NCBI GenBank assembly: GCA_030390025.1
Contig: CM059432.1
Coordinates: forward strand, 27,716,001-27,780,000
Length of the DNA stretch: 64,000 bases
Origin: Squalus acanthias
Taxonomy: Eukaryota
Direction: 5' to 3'
Position numbers and translations under genes: made by a program
Shown here: in pieces, positions 37,541 to 50,834 of the stretch
How the letters are laid out: the number at the start of each line of letters is the position of its first letter
Numbering within the stretch: the first letter of the stretch is position 1
The notes under the pieces: generated by a model
Told to the model about the DNA's origin: nothing
Database searches by the model: none
Seen by the model: the letters and a program-made list of their open reading frames with translations, nothing else

Positions 37541-38952
37541 AGAAACATAGAAAATAGGTACAGGAGTAGACCATTCGGTCCTTCGAGCCTGCACCGCCAT
37601 TCAATGCGTTCATGGCTGAACATGCTACCTCAGTACCCCATTCCTGCTTTCTCGCCATACCCCTTGATCCCCTTAGTTGTGAGTGTTATATCTAACTCCC
37701 TTTTGAATATATTTAGCGAACTGGCCTCAACAACCTTCTGTGGAAGAGAATTCCATAGATTCACCACTCTCTGGGTGAAGAAGTTCCTCCTCAGCTCAGT
37801 CCTAAATGGCTTCCCCTTAATCCTTAGACTGTGACCCCTGGTTCTAGTTTTCCCTACCATTGGGAACATTCTGCCCGCATCTAATTTGTCTAAACCAGTC
37901 AGGATTTTAAATGTCTCTATAAGATCCCCCCTCATTCTTCTGAACTCCAGAGGATACAAGTTCAGTTGACCCAATCTTTCTTGATATGTCAGTCTGGCCA
38001 TCCCAGGAATCAATCTAGTGAACCTTCGCTGCACTCCCTCAATAGCAAGAATGTCCTTCCTTAAGTTAGGAGACCAAAACTGCGCACAATACTCCAGGTG
38101 TGGCCTCACCAAGGCCCTGTACAACTGTAGCATCACCTCCCTACTCCTGTACTCAAATCCCCTTGCTATGAAGGCCATCATTCCGTTTGCTTTCTTGACT
38201 GCCTGCTGCACTTGCATTCCCACCTTCAGTGACTGATGTACCATGACGCCCAGGTCTCGTTGCACCTCCCCTTTCCCTAATCTGCCACCATTCAGGTAAT
38301 AGTCCGCCTCTCTATTTTTACCACCAAAGTGGATAACCTCACATTTATCCACATTGTACTTCGTCTGCCATACATTTGCCCATTCACCCAACCTGTCCAA
38401 GTCACTCTGTAGCCTCCTAGCATCCTCCTCATTGTTCACACTGCCTCCCAATTTAGTGTCATCCGCAAATTTGGAGATATTACAATTAATCCCTTCGTCC
38501 AAATCATTAATATATAATGTAAACAGCTGGGGTCCCAGCACCGAACCCTGCGGTACCCCGCTGGTCACTGCCTGCCATTCTGAAAAGTACCCATTTACTC
38601 CTACTCTTTGTTTCCTGTGTGCCAACCAGTTCTCAATCCACGTCAACACATTACCCCCAATCCCATGTGCTTTAACTTTGCTCACCAATCTCTTGTGTGG
38701 GACCTTGTCGAAGGCCTTCTGAAAGTCCAAATACACCACATCTACTGGTTCCCCCCCTGTCCACCCTATTGGAAACATCCTCAAAAAATTCCAGAAGATT
38801 TGTCAAGCATGATTTCCCTTTCACAAATCCATGCTGACTTGGACCTATCATGTTGCCACTTTCCAAATGGTCTGTTATGACATCTTTAATAATTGCTTCC
38901 ATCATTTTACCCACGACCGATGTCAGGCTGACCGGTCTATAATTCCCTGCTT
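37541..38952 (-). mobile_element. Young 5'-truncated CR1 LINE (384-aa ORF2 remnant, one frameshift near 38755)
   Basis: ORFs 37630-38784 and 38672-38914; intact tail. Confidence 0.95.
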
Positions 38953-39354
38953 CTTGGGCTTATTAATGTGTTCTTACAGAACCTCCCCCAAGTAGTCGTT
39001 CTTCTGACCCTAGATGGCAGGTGTCAGCAAATTATTCAACTTTGTGGGCCATCATGGAGCCTGAGGCTGACCTGTATTTGTGCAGGGTCAATCACAGATT
39101 ATGGGTTGGCAATCTTGGCTGTCATCACCACTCAGCACAGACCATGGATTGAACATTCCTAGTTATATTGCCCGCTACTACACCAGGCACCCATATAACT
39201 ACATGTTGTATTTTAAATATTGCTGGTGTACTTGTAGAACTTGGGATGAGGCCACCACTTTGAGCCTGGGACAAATTACAGAATGTCTGTCGGCAGCCCA
39301 TTTCCATTTTCCTAACCATTGGCCCCGATATTTATTCTGGGCCGGGAAGAGAGC

Positions 39355-39890
39355 GTGGGGGAGGATTTTCAGATGGGAAGCCTGTGCCGAAATTAACCGC
39401 AGGACATCTTCTAAATTTTTTCAACAGGTTTCCCGCCCGACTGACAGGTTGCCTGTCTGGAGGGAAAGCAGCTAGGAAGGGGATGTCTGCTAAATCTGAC
39501 ATTGTCGGGGGGTGGGGGTGCCAGTGTTGGCCATCGTGTGGAGGTAAGCTTGTTGGGCCTGGGGAAAAACTCCTGCTCCTCCTGGCCCACAAGCAGTGCA
39601 ATAAAGGCACTTCCCTCATGGATCCGGCCATTCTCACTTCCTTTTACTTGCCGGGCTGCCGAAGGCCCAGGAATCCCAACCTCTGTTTAAAAAAATAAAT
39701 AAAAATTTAGTTAAAATGGAGGCACGCAGCCTCCTTAAGATTTTAGTGACCGACCTGCCTCCTGTGAGGGGTTTGATCGCCTGCCCCCTGACCTGTCTCT
39801 GTTAAAACTGTAAGTGGGCGGGTTGAGTTCAAGTTTGAGAATTTAAAATTTTAACCTTCTCACCCACCTGACCTTGGGGGTTAAAATTCA
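39355..39890. mobile_element. Probable degraded GC-rich non-autonomous DNA transposon
   Basis: GC-rich island starting GGGGAGGATTTTC and ending GGGGGTTAAAATTC; TIR imperfect, no TSD seen. Confidence 0.4.
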
Positions 39891-40132
39891 AAGGAAGAAC
39901 ACTCTTCAGTCCATTTTATCTCTTCCTTTCAGATTACCAGCTCTACAGTCTTTCAATTGCAGTATATAATTCGTTCGTTAAATTAATCCAAATGCCAGGA
40001 TGGGTGGTTGAGACCGAATGACCTGTTCCAGCTAATGACCTGTCCCAGCTATTGCCCTCTGAGCAATGAAAAACTTTGGCATTTGGCCTTCAACATTTAG
40101 CCCAATCCTTGTATTATTCTGCTCTGACATCT

Positions 40133-42500
40133 CATAGATACATAGAAGATAGGAGCAGGAGTAGGCCATCCGGCCCTTCGAGCCTGCTCCGCCATTTAAT
40201 GAGATCATGGCTGATCCTCCAATTCAGTACCCCGTCCCCGCCTTCTCTCCGTAACCCTTAACCCCTTTTGCCTGTAGAAATATATCTAATTCCCTCTTAA
40301 ATATATTTAATGAGCTGGCGTACACTGCCCTCTGTGGCAATGAGTTCCACAGGTTCACCACCCTCTGAGTGAAGAAATTCCCCCTCATTTCTGTCCTAAA
40401 TGGTTTAGCCCTTATCCTTAAATGATGTCCTCTAGTTCTGTTCTCACCCGCCAAGGGAAACATTCCTTCTGCATCTAGTCTGTCTAGACCTGTCAGAATT
40501 TTATACACTTCTATGAGGTCCCCTCTCAATCTTCTAAACTCCAGTGTATACATCCCTAAACTACATAGTCTCTCCTCATAGGTCAATCCCGCCATTCCTG
40601 GTATCAGCCTGGTGAATCGCCGCTGCACCCCCTCCATGGCAAGAGCATCTTTCCTCAGATGAGGCGACCAAAACTGTACACAGTACTCGAGGTGTGGTCT
40701 CACCAGTGCCCTGTACAGCTGCAGCAAGGTATCCCTGTTCCTGTATTCCAACCCTTTTGCTATGAAGGCCAGCATACCGTTTGCCGCCTTGACCGCCTGT
40801 TGCACCTGCATGCTCGCCTTCAGTGACTGGTGTACAAGAACACCCAGGTGTCTCTGTACTTCCCCCTCTCCCAATTTATTGCCATTTAAATAATAATTTG
40901 CCCTCCCGTTCCTGCACCCAAGGTGGATAACTTCGCACTTGTCCACATTATAGTGCATCTGCCATTTATCCGCCCAATCACCCAGTCTGTCCAAATCGCT
41001 CTGGAGCTTCCTGGTCTCCTCCTCCTGAGCCCACCCCCCCTCCTAGTTTAGTGTCGTCTGCAAATTTGGAAATGCTGCATCCGACTCCCTGATCCAGGTC
41101 ATTAATGTAAATTGTGAACAGCTGGGGACCCAGGACAGATCCCTGTGGTACCCCACTTGTTACTGCCTGCCATTCAGAAAATGAGCCGTTTATTCCAACT
41201 CTCTGTTTTCTATCTGACAGCCACTTCTCTATCCACGTCAATACTTTCCCCTTTATCCCATGAGCTTCAATTTTCCATGCTAATCTTTTATGTGGGACCT
41301 TATCGAAGGCCTTTTGGAAGTCCAGGTACACCACATATACTGGCTCTCCCCCATCTATTTTACCAGTTACTCCCTCAAAAAATTCCAATAGATTAGTCAA
41401 GCACGATTTACCCTTTGTAAATCCATGTTGACTCTGTCCTATCCTGTCCCCATTTGCTAAGTGCTCCGCTATTTCATCCTTAATGATGGACTCCAGCATT
41501 TTGCCCACAACTGATGTAAGGCTTACAGGTCTGTAATTACCTGCTTTTTCCCTACCCCCCTTTTTGAATAGTGGGGTAACGTTAGCTACCCTCCAATCCA
41601 TGGGCACTGTTCCCGAGTCTAATGAATTCTGAAAAATCATACTTGGTGCATCCGCTATCGCTAGGGCCACCTCCTTCAGTACCCTAGGATGCATGTTATC
41701 AGGCCCTGGGGATTTGTCCGCCTTCAATCCCTTTAGCTTCCTTAACACCATATCCTTAGAGATATTGATTTGCTTCAGTTCCTCCTTTGCCAATGTCCCT
41801 ATTTTTCCCGATATCCCAGGGAGGTTTTTTGTGTCTTCCTTCGTAAAGACTGACCCAAAGTATGCATTTAGTTGGTCTGCCATTTCCTTATTTCCCGTTA
41901 TATATTCCCCCGTATCTGACTGCAATGGGCCAACTTTGGTTTTCAACAGTCTTTTCCTCTTGATATACTTATAAAAGCTTTTGGAGTTAGTTTTTATATT
42001 TTCCGCCAGCTTGCTTTCGTAAGCTATTTTGCCCCTCTTGATTAAGCCCTTTGTCCTCCTTTGCTCTATCTTAAACTGTTCCCAATCTTCCGCTCTGGCG
42101 CTTTTTTTGGCTATTTTATATGCCCTATCTTTGGATTTTATGCTGTCTCTAATTTCCCCTGTTATCCACGGTTGAGTCACCTTTTTAGATTTCCTTTTAT
42201 GCCAGATTGGTATAAACAATTTTTGCAATTTTGTCATTCTATCTTTAAATGCTTGCCATTGTTTATCTACCTCCAGTCCTCCCAGGAACGTTGTCCAATC
42301 AGACCTACTCAGTTCCCGTCTAATGGCATCATAATTCCCCTTGTTTAAATTCAGGACCTTAGTCTCTGAGTCAATTTCTTCGCTCTCCATTTCGAGTGAG
42401 AAATCGATCATGTTATGATCGCTCTGACCCAAGGGTCCCCGTACAACAAGATTACTAATTAGTCCCTTCTCATTGCACAGTACCCAGTCCAATCTAGCCT
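40133..42500 (-). mobile_element. Young 5'-truncated CR1 LINE; ORF2 from the APE C-terminus to the stop with a single 1-nt frameshift (~41025)
   Basis: ORFs 40978-42630 (550 aa) and 40224-40994 (256 aa). Confidence 0.95.
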
Positions 42501-44079
42501 GTGCTTGCTCTCTGTATCTCGTCCTATTCCCCACCATTAAAGAAAGAACTTGCATTTTATATAGCGCCTTTAACATAGAAAACCTCCCAAATTGCATCTG
42601 GTTGCTTAGCATAAAGACTGAATTAAACACTGATTTGCCTGATGTTTATGCTAAGGAGTATATTTCAGCATTAAATTAATGAGTGTTTTAATGGTGACTA
42701 CTCTAAGTTTAAATGGAATCTGTTGTAAACAGAATCAGAAGGCTGGAGCATGTTTAGGCAACATGAGTCATCGTGCATTATCTTAATGCATTTCAAATAT
42801 AACAGGAAATACTATGTTAAGGATTGCTTGAAGGAAAACTTGCTCCAATGCTTGTTCTTGAGTAGCAGTAAGAGTTTGCACATCCCTTTCCTCCCTACCC
42901 CCAAATAAATGCAGTGCCAATAGTGGTTATAGACTAACCAGTTATGCTGATTTCCCCATTGTGTAGAAATAAAGCATGCTGCCTAAAATTCAAATTACAT
43001 GGGTTTGATTCAGTAGTAGGAGACTGATATTGGCCATGACACCTGCTGTTCAAAACAAAAGATGGAAACTCTTGTGTTCTCTTCCAAGCTTTCACTAAAA
43101 CATGATGGCATTTGATGAAAATTCTGTACTAATCTAATCTGCAAAGCACCCAGCAGAACACATTGTTTTCAGGTACAGATCAAAGTTTTCTAATTATACT
43201 AAATTAGGGGCAGGGTAAATTTAAGGAAGGATCTGACAGCATCTCATGTAAACTGTCAATCTAACAGTGAAAGAAAGTTTACCCTTCATGTAAGGTGCTT
43301 ACTGTGGCATGCAGAATTCTCTACTTACAATTCCACCTTTTTGAGAGGCCATTTATTGAAGAGAACAAATTAGTTTCTGTCTTTTATATATTTAGTGGCA
43401 TTGAATAAAACCCAACATGTCAACACCACCTACCTCCATTCAATCCCCTCTCTTTACACGAAATGTACCTTGAACCAATTCTGCTTCACTTCCTGCAAAC
43501 TTGGATGCATGGAAAGAGTCCCATCTGACTGTCTTTTTTTTCTCCTAACATTAATTTAAATTTTTTATGTATCCTGACTATTTAAGTCCTTTTAGATTGT
43601 GTTCCATAATTGTTTTGAAAATATTTCTTTTGAACACATTTCAAAGTAGCAGAGCTGCATTACACTCCTAATTCAGGACTACCATAAGTGTTTTGGAGTA
43701 TTTTGTGACTTGCAGAAGCCAGAGTTTATCATTTGTTATTGAGTGCCAGTAGGTGGGCTGTATGATATTGTGGTCAAGTATGTATTCAGTGTTCTAGACT
43801 TCATTTACCTAATCTATTATAGTTAAATATATTTAGTAGTCACAGTTATAAACTGCCAGGACCTACTTTTTCATGAGGACAGGAACAATTCATGAACTAG
43901 AAAAGTAGGTGGTAAGTGTAATTGTTTTGAGATTGCAATCTCAGCACATTAAAGGCTCACTAAAAGGAACAATTTATGGCATTTTAGTGGTTTGGCACTT
44001 TTTGACAGCTGTCTCAAAGGAATTGCTTATCTTGTTCTAGCTGTACTACTACCCTCACTTTTTTAAAAAAAGCACAGCC

Positions 44080-44390
44080 GACAGCACCTCAAATCCGCAA
44101 CCTCTACCACCTAGAAGGACAAGGGCAGCAGTTGCATGGGAACACAACCACCTCCAAGTCACACACCATCCTGTCTTGGAAATATATCGCCGTTCCTTCA
44201 TCATTGCTGGGTCAAAATCCTGGAACTCCCTCCCTAACAGCACTGTGGCAGTACCATCACCACACAGACTGACTGCCGCAGTTCAAGGTGGTGGCTCACC
44301 ACCACTTTCTTGAGGGCAATTAGGGATGGGCAATAAATAAATGCTGGCCTTGCCAGCGACACCCACATCCCGTAAATAATTTTTTTTTAA
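44080..44390 (+). mobile_element. Family X LINE 3' fragment
   Basis: CCTCTACCACCTAGAAGGACAAGGGCAGCAG...GGGATGGGCAATAAAT tail. Confidence 0.85.
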
Positions 44391-45804
44391 AGTCGCAGAT
44401 CTATTGCGTAAGAATTTGTGCAGGAGACTGGTATTCTTTAAATGACTAGCAGTGATCCACTTGTGCTGAAATGGAAGGTTTGTTCAAAGTACTGTTGTGC
44501 TGTGGATAACTGCATTTCCTCTGTCCGCAGAATTGAGTTTTTTAGATGAGCACTTTTGCTGCCTAAACTGAGGCTTTATTTATTTCCCCCAATTTTCTTT
44601 CCTTCTCCTTGGATGTGCAAGCTGTTGGCAGAAGCCCTCCAAACTAGAGTAAACATATATGTGGTGGGCTATTCTGCTAATCAATTGCAGTTGGAATTTA
44701 ACATCCACATGTGTACACTTTCTTTCTCTCTCTCTCTCTTTCTTTCTTTCTCCTCCCCCCCCCCCCCCCCTAAGTACCAAAGGCGTCAAACTAATAGAAT
44801 GGACTGATTCAGGAAAAACTCAAGATATTGATTGGCACTAGCTTCTAGGAGTCATTCAGTAGAGGTCAGCACTGAGACCGTGCTGTGTTACGAGTTCGGA
44901 TGTGACATTTATCCCACAGTGCAATTTCTCTCTGCTCTCATTAACCACCAGGAGCATCTGTACCTTTTTAAGCTGTCTCCACCTATAGCTGTTTTGAAGT
45001 GATGGAGTAATGAAGTAAATTTGAATAAAATGAATGGAAATTCACACTAGCATTTAACTAGTAGCTCTACTGTCCTATGTTTCAGTAAATTATCTGTTCT
45101 GTAATTTATTTCACTTTCTTCTACCATGGCAAGAAAAATAACCATAACTTTTGATTGTTGCAGTAGATGCCATGTGCAGCGGATTTTGAACAAAAGCAGG
45201 ATGATTCTAAGCTTAGCAAGCCTTCCCAGACCATTGGGTACTGAAGTTACTTGTTTGCATCACAACAAAGCTGGTTACTTCACCTACTGGCCTACTTTTT
45301 CCCTATCTTTTTGTTTGTTTAAATTTCGTGGTTGAGGGTAGTTAATCAATTGAACCAAGTGCCACTTGGTTTTCACTCTGCAAAAAATAAATGAGGAAAC
45401 TTTTGGCATCCCCACCTCTAATGCATGCAGCTGTGGATATAACCCATTTAAATGTTTAACCAAAATTCTTTGTGATGAAATTCAATCATGATTAAGTCAC
45501 ATTAAATGCATTGACTTTTTGACTTTTAACTGTTATTAATTTTGAGCGTAAAATGTATTTTTCTTCCGCATAGTGCCTAAATGAGAGGATGAATAAGCTG
45601 CCGCCAGCAATGCTCCCTTAAGCTGACTGTTGTAAGAGAGTAGGTCAGAATGTAGCTGTCATATTTTTCTGTATCCTTGTGAGAAAATGCCTGGCCCCCT
45701 CAGTGGTACTTCCTTACAGCAAGACAGTTGCGATTTCAGATTTGGTGGACAGCAGGCTCGGTGTGGCTCCTGGTTGCCCAATGCTTCCAACTTTAAAACT
45801 CACT

Positions 45805-46648
45805 GGGGGGGGGGAAATGGGCGCTAATGGGGCACAAAGCAACTAGTGCCCGGGCGCGGCGATGTTTGTGCCGCCCGCGAAATTGACCAGACATTTTGCG
45901 GTGGCGCTAAACACTACCGCCACGATCTCCTGCGCCCGCGGATCGTGACGTCAGTCGAGCGTGCAGCGCCCCGGACCAGATATTGAGTGACACCGCTTGC
46001 CGCTAGCAACGACAGGTTGAGGGGAGTGTTTTGCAGTCGGGAAGGGGCTGGGAGAGCGCTATTTAAAGGTGACCGCTTCCTGCCTTTTTTTGTCGGCGAC
46101 ATTTTTGCACCACGCATAGAGAGAGAGACTTCTGGGGAGATTCAACGCTGTGTGAAGGAGTTTTGGGTACTGAGCAGTACTTTGCAGGCTCATTTTGATT
46201 TGACCTTCCTTGCATCGATTTAGAAGAGACTCTAGGGGGCTGCACTCTGAACTCTTTCCCTGGGCCTCTCCATTGTTCTTTCCAGCAGATTTGATGTACA
46301 GGTCTCTCCAGGCCGAGCTTCAAGGCTTCAATGAGCAGGGTGTGGATGGAGAGCAAAATCGATCCTCCCCTTTAAGAATTGGCCGGCGCCAGTGTGTCTG
46401 TTCCATTGCTGACTGACATCACATGAGCTTCGCCAGCGCTCTTGAGTTAGCGCCTCACTCCTCGGCCTTTGTGCCTTAAGACAGATGTGTAGCGCCTGAT
46501 TTAGCGCTCCAGTCACCTCCAGGGGCGATAGAAGCCAAGTTTGCAGTCGGAGGCGATAATTTGCACCAGGTGCTAAACTTTGCGCCCAGCCGATAATTGC
46601 GCCCCAAACGGGGCGATACCGAATTTCTCTCCCCCCCCCCCCCCCCCC
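45805..46648. mobile_element. PIF/Harbinger-type MITE, family A
   Basis: Collinear with 2275-3167; termini expanded into G and C homopolymers. Confidence 0.85.
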
Positions 46649-46649
46649 T

Positions 46650-46900
46650 CATGTTTAAATTCCTTCATGGCCTTGCTGCTGCTGATCTTTAACCCTAAAC
46701 CACACACCCTTCCCCGGAACTCTCCTCCTTCAGCTCTGGCCTCTTGTTCATTTCTTCCCCCCCCCCCCCCCCCCCCCCTCCAAATCATTGACAGTTGTGG
46801 CTTCAGCTGTCTAAGCTCCACACTCTGGATTTTCCTCCCTAAAGCCCTCCACCTACTCCTTTTTAAGACCCTCTTTAAAACGCACCTCTGACGAAGGTTT
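46650..46900 (+). mobile_element. L2 3' fragment
   Basis: FKFLHGLA, FSCLSSTLW and FKTLFKTHL L2 C-terminal motifs. Confidence 0.7.
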
Positions 46901-47604
46901 TCATAATTTCTACTATTTCCTAGTTGACAATCCATTTATGGAGAAGAGTATGGATAGGTGGGATTGATGTATGAAGAAAAAAAGGCAGGTTTGTTGGGCC
47001 TAGCGGCCTTTTCCTTTTCCTAAGAATTCTTCTGTTTTTAATAAATCATCATTCTGATGGACCCAGAAGCTAACGACCAGCTAGCGCAGATTACTGGAGG
47101 CACAAATAGTTTGGATTTTGTTAGGCTAGCGGGGAATGTCATGTGAAATCAATATCTTGAGTTTTTCTGAATCAGTCCATTCTATTAGTTTGACGCCTTT
47201 GGTACTAGCTTTTTCAGTTTTTTAAATCATAGCCAATTTATGGCAATGAGCCAGACTTAAACTGAAGCTTCTTTTAATCTGTCTCCCAACAAAGAGCCAC
47301 TGAATTTATTCGCTGACATTGTACTGTTGTGCCTGAAGCCCATGGACTATTTTATAGCATCTAGAAGTAAAGAGCGATGGTCAACAACACAAGGTTGTGA
47401 AAGGTTTTGCAATGGGTTTCTAATTCAATACATTTACACTGGTGATTTTTTTCCCTTCATGAAGTTGTAAGGTCGCAATTTAAAAGTGGATTTGGTCAGG
47501 AATCAAAATGTTGTAAAAATAACGGAGTTTTTCTAATTTCTATTTATAATAATTGTCATCCTTGTGATTAATTCTCTTAGTGATACTCATTTGTTCTTTT
47601 GTAG

Positions 47605-47697
47605 CTACCCTACACAGTGTGCACTATGGCTCTACATGACATCACTCTCTCCGAAGTCCGAAAACTACTAGTGGACAATGCGGGATTCGCAGAGGTG
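47605..47697 (+). CDS. Candidate host coding exon (LPYTVCT)MALHDITLSEVRKLLVDNAGFAEV; product unknown
   Basis: Acceptor TTGTTCTTTTGTAG and donor GTG|GTAAGC; 93 nt with only one open frame; strong Kozak ACTATGG at 47626; four CpGs retained in a depleted background; not a repeat. Confidence 0.6.
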
Positions 47698-47877
47698 GTA
47701 AGCAAGCCTTTTTAAGTGTTTTGACAGAGCTATTTTGTGTAAACAAACCAGTTTGGCTTGTATTGTGATTAAAGCTGTAATTAAAAAGATAATTTCCTGT
47801 ACATTATGCAAGTGAATTCCTCCTGTGAAGCTGATGCAAGTAATTAACAATCTAGACACTCCGTATTCTTGCCTTTA

Positions 47878-48500
47878 TATAAAATTTACAGCACAGAAAC
47901 CGGCCATTCAGCCCAACTGGTCTATGGTGCTGTTTATGCTCCACACAAGCCTCCTCCCACCCCTCTCCATCTAACCCTATCAGCATATCCTTGTATTCCT
48001 TTCTTCCTCATGTGGTTATCTAGCTTCCCCTTAATTGCATCTATAATATTCGTCTGAACTACTCCCTGTGGTAGTGAGTTCCATATTCTAACCACGCTCT
48101 GGGTAAAGAAGTTTCTCCTGAATTCCCTATTGGATTTATTGGTGACTATCTTCTATTTATGGCCCCTAGTTTTGGGCTCCCCACAAGTGGAAACATCTCT
48201 GCCTACCCTATCAAACCCCTTCATAATCTTAAGACTTCTATTAGGTCACCCCTCAGCCTTCTCTTTTTTAGAGAAAAGAGCCCCAGCCAGTTCAGCCTTT
48301 CCTGATCAGTATATACTTTCAGTTCTGGTATCCTCCTTATGAATCTTTTTTGCACTTTCTCCAGTGCCTCTATAATCTTTTTTATAATAAGGAAACCAGA
48401 ACTATGCACAGTACTCCCAAGTGTGGTCTAACCAAGGTTCGGTACAAGTTTAACATAACTTCTCTGCTTTTCAATGCTATCCCCCTAGAAATGAAATGAA
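47878..48500 (-). mobile_element. Degraded CR1 3' fragment
   Basis: ALEKVQKRFIR...LFSLKKRRLRGDLIEV motif; tail at the left end. Confidence 0.85.
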
Positions 48501-48661
48501 CTCCATACAAAGGTGGGGGTGGGGAATAAATTCCAGTTTGTTCTCTTGTAAATGCAGGTGAACTCTGAGATCATTTTCTTCCCTTCCCTCAACCCGATGG
48601 AACTTAGTTCTTTTCTACATCATCTCCAGATGAAGCCTGTGGTATGAGGAGATATGGTTGA

Positions 48662-49116
48662 GTTTTTTTTTAATTCGTTTATGGGATGTGGGAGTCGCTG
48701 GCAAGGCCAGCATTTATTGCCCATCCCTAGTTGGCCTTGAGAAGGTGGTGGTGAACTGCTGCAGTCAGTGTGGTGAAGGTACTCCCACAGTGCTGTTAGG
48801 TAGGGAGTTCCAGGATTTTGACCCAGCGACGATGAAGGATTGGCAATATACTGTACTTTTAAGTCAGGATGGTGTGTGACTTGGAGGTGGTGGTGTTCCC
48901 ATGCGCCTGCTGCCCTTGTCCTTCTAGATGGAAGAGGTCGCGTGTCTGGGAGGTGCTGCCGAAGAAGCCTTGCCGAGTTGCTGCAGTGCATCTTGTAGCT
49001 GGTACACACTGCAGCCACGATGCGCTGATGGTGGAGGGAGTGAATGTTTAAGGTGGTGGATGGGGTGCCAATCAAGCGGGCTGCTTTGTCCTGGATGGTG
49101 TCAAGCTTCTTGAGTC
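48662..49116 (-). mobile_element. Family X LINE 3' fragment
   Basis: LKKLDTIQDKAARLIG ORF 48620-49132. Confidence 0.88.
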
Positions 49117-49612
49117 TTGAGAAAAGTGACATTGGAAGCTGAAAAGTACCAATATTTGATTCTAGAAATCAAAGTAGAGAGAAGCTGGTGTGATGATTTG
49201 TCCAGAGGTCTTTATAAAGCTTTGTAATTGTACAGTGGCAGATGGCAAGTGCCATGCTAACTAAACTTAAATACTTGTCTAATTACTGTAATTGGAGGAC
49301 ACACTAAGCCAGGCATAGACCTCTGCAAACCTTTCATCTTGCTGCTTGACCAGCTTTTAAGAGGCTAAGCTTATTAGTGCTAGGATTTCTACTCCACACT
49401 AAGTAGTAGAATGCTGTATATTGATGAGGACTTGAAGTGGTGTGCTTCCACTTCAGAAGGAGACTGAACGGCAAAATAGCAGGCCCATTCACATGAAGTG
49501 GATACCACAGCAACAACGTGCAGTTAAATAGCCCTTTTATAGATGGCAAAAATGTCAATCCCACCATTGATCTAAACTATAGTTTTAAGACCGTCCAAAG
49601 ATGGCATCTTGT

Positions 49613-50233
49613 GGGGGAAAATTCGGTTGCTTTGCGTCACCCGTTGGCGCCCTAAAAGCAACTGGTGCCACCAACGCCTCCCGCGAAATTGAGCGGGACG
49701 TTAGCGGCGGCAGTAACCGTTAGCACCCCGCGGCGCTGCGCCGCAGCCGTGATCTTCGGTGGCGCCCCCTGATTTACCACTGGACGCTATGTCCGACGGG
49801 GTCAGGGGGGCCTACCTGCGGCCAGGGCGGCGCTAATTAAAGGCGAGGTGCCGGGCGGCCATTTTTGTTGCTGGCCACCTGCCCGCATTGCCATCCCCTG
49901 CCTTCTGTGAAGCCCCCCCCCCCCCCCCCCCCCCGGGCGGAGTGCCGGCTGCGCTCCGTGAGCCCAGCACTTCTCTTGAGTGTCGGGCTCTTTTGCCGGC
50001 ACTCTGATCCCTGGTGGCCCAGCTGAGCCCCGGGTCGCGCTTCGCAAGGCCCCTCCCCTTTACGAAGGGGATGAAGGCCTGCAGTACCGCGGTGCGACGT
50101 GGCGCTGGGGCACGTAGCGCTGTGATATTCCCTCGCAGCGCCGTAGCGCCCCGCTTCCCTTTTGGGGCGCTACCATTCAATTTCGCCCCAGTGAAGTTAA
50201 CGCCCCAAAGGGGGCGCGACTCAATTCTCTCTC
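49613..50233. mobile_element. PIF/Harbinger-type MITE, family B
   Basis: Starts GGGGGAAAATTCG; collinear with 52761-53450; right TIR degraded. Confidence 0.8.
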
Positions 50234-50314
50234 TTCTCTCCCCACCCCCCCCTGGATTTTTGTTTTTAGATGAACATATTTTCTTACCATTTTGGAATCT
50301 GTTGCCATCCCTTG

Positions 50315-50380
50315 CTGAATAGGCAATGGTACTATGCCCCACTTGCTAGAATGGGGCATAGCACCAAGTTGCCTATTCAG
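50315..50380. other. 66-nt hairpin (27-bp stem, 10-nt loop)
   Basis: CTGAATAGGCAATGGTACTATGCCCCA-cttgctagaa-TGGGGCATAGCACCAAGTTGCCTATTCAG. Confidence 0.8.
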
Positions 50381-50834
50381 AGAGTCTCTGGATAGCTTCA
50401 CCCAATTTTCCATTCTCTCCAGTAGGGACATGGCTGGCCCCATTTTGATCTCCAGTAGAGACCGCCATGTTGTGCCATTGCTTGTGCCCCAATTTTATCT
50501 TTGGGCAGGTGGGTGGTGGAACGAGTTAGAAACTAGCCCACTGAAGCAGAAAACAGATTTGACGTATTTTCACTCCCGAGCCTTAACATAATGCCAGTTG
50601 CGGGCAGGAACAAGTGACTGCCAGCCTCCAGAACAGCAAGCAGCCAAGAGCTACCTGCTAGCACTCGGGTAAGTGTGGGAAAGGGGTTTCTGGGGAGTTT
50701 CGGGATAGAGAAAGGGGCAGGGCAGGGGTGGGAGGGGGGTTTGGTGGGGCTGGGAGTACAGGGCATGGGAGGCCTAAACTTTTGTGGCCCCACACAGGAA
50801 AGTGTAATACTTGCCTTTTGTGGCCTTCTCTTCC

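Larger units (their letters stand above)
44773..47206. repeat. 60/61-bp inverted repeat (44773-44833 and 47147-47206) with a 2.3-kb spacer
   Basis: AGTACCAAAGGCGTCAAACTAATAGAATGGACTGATTCAG(G)AAAAACTCAAGATATTGATT; arms differ only by one G indel. Confidence 0.92.

Noticed and set aside
47626..47697. Resemblance of the peptide to the PDE6 N-terminus, SAM or DIX-like segments
   Set aside because: Only superficial similarity over ~20 aa; the frame stops shortly after the donor, unlike the long PDE6 first exon. No symbol assigned.
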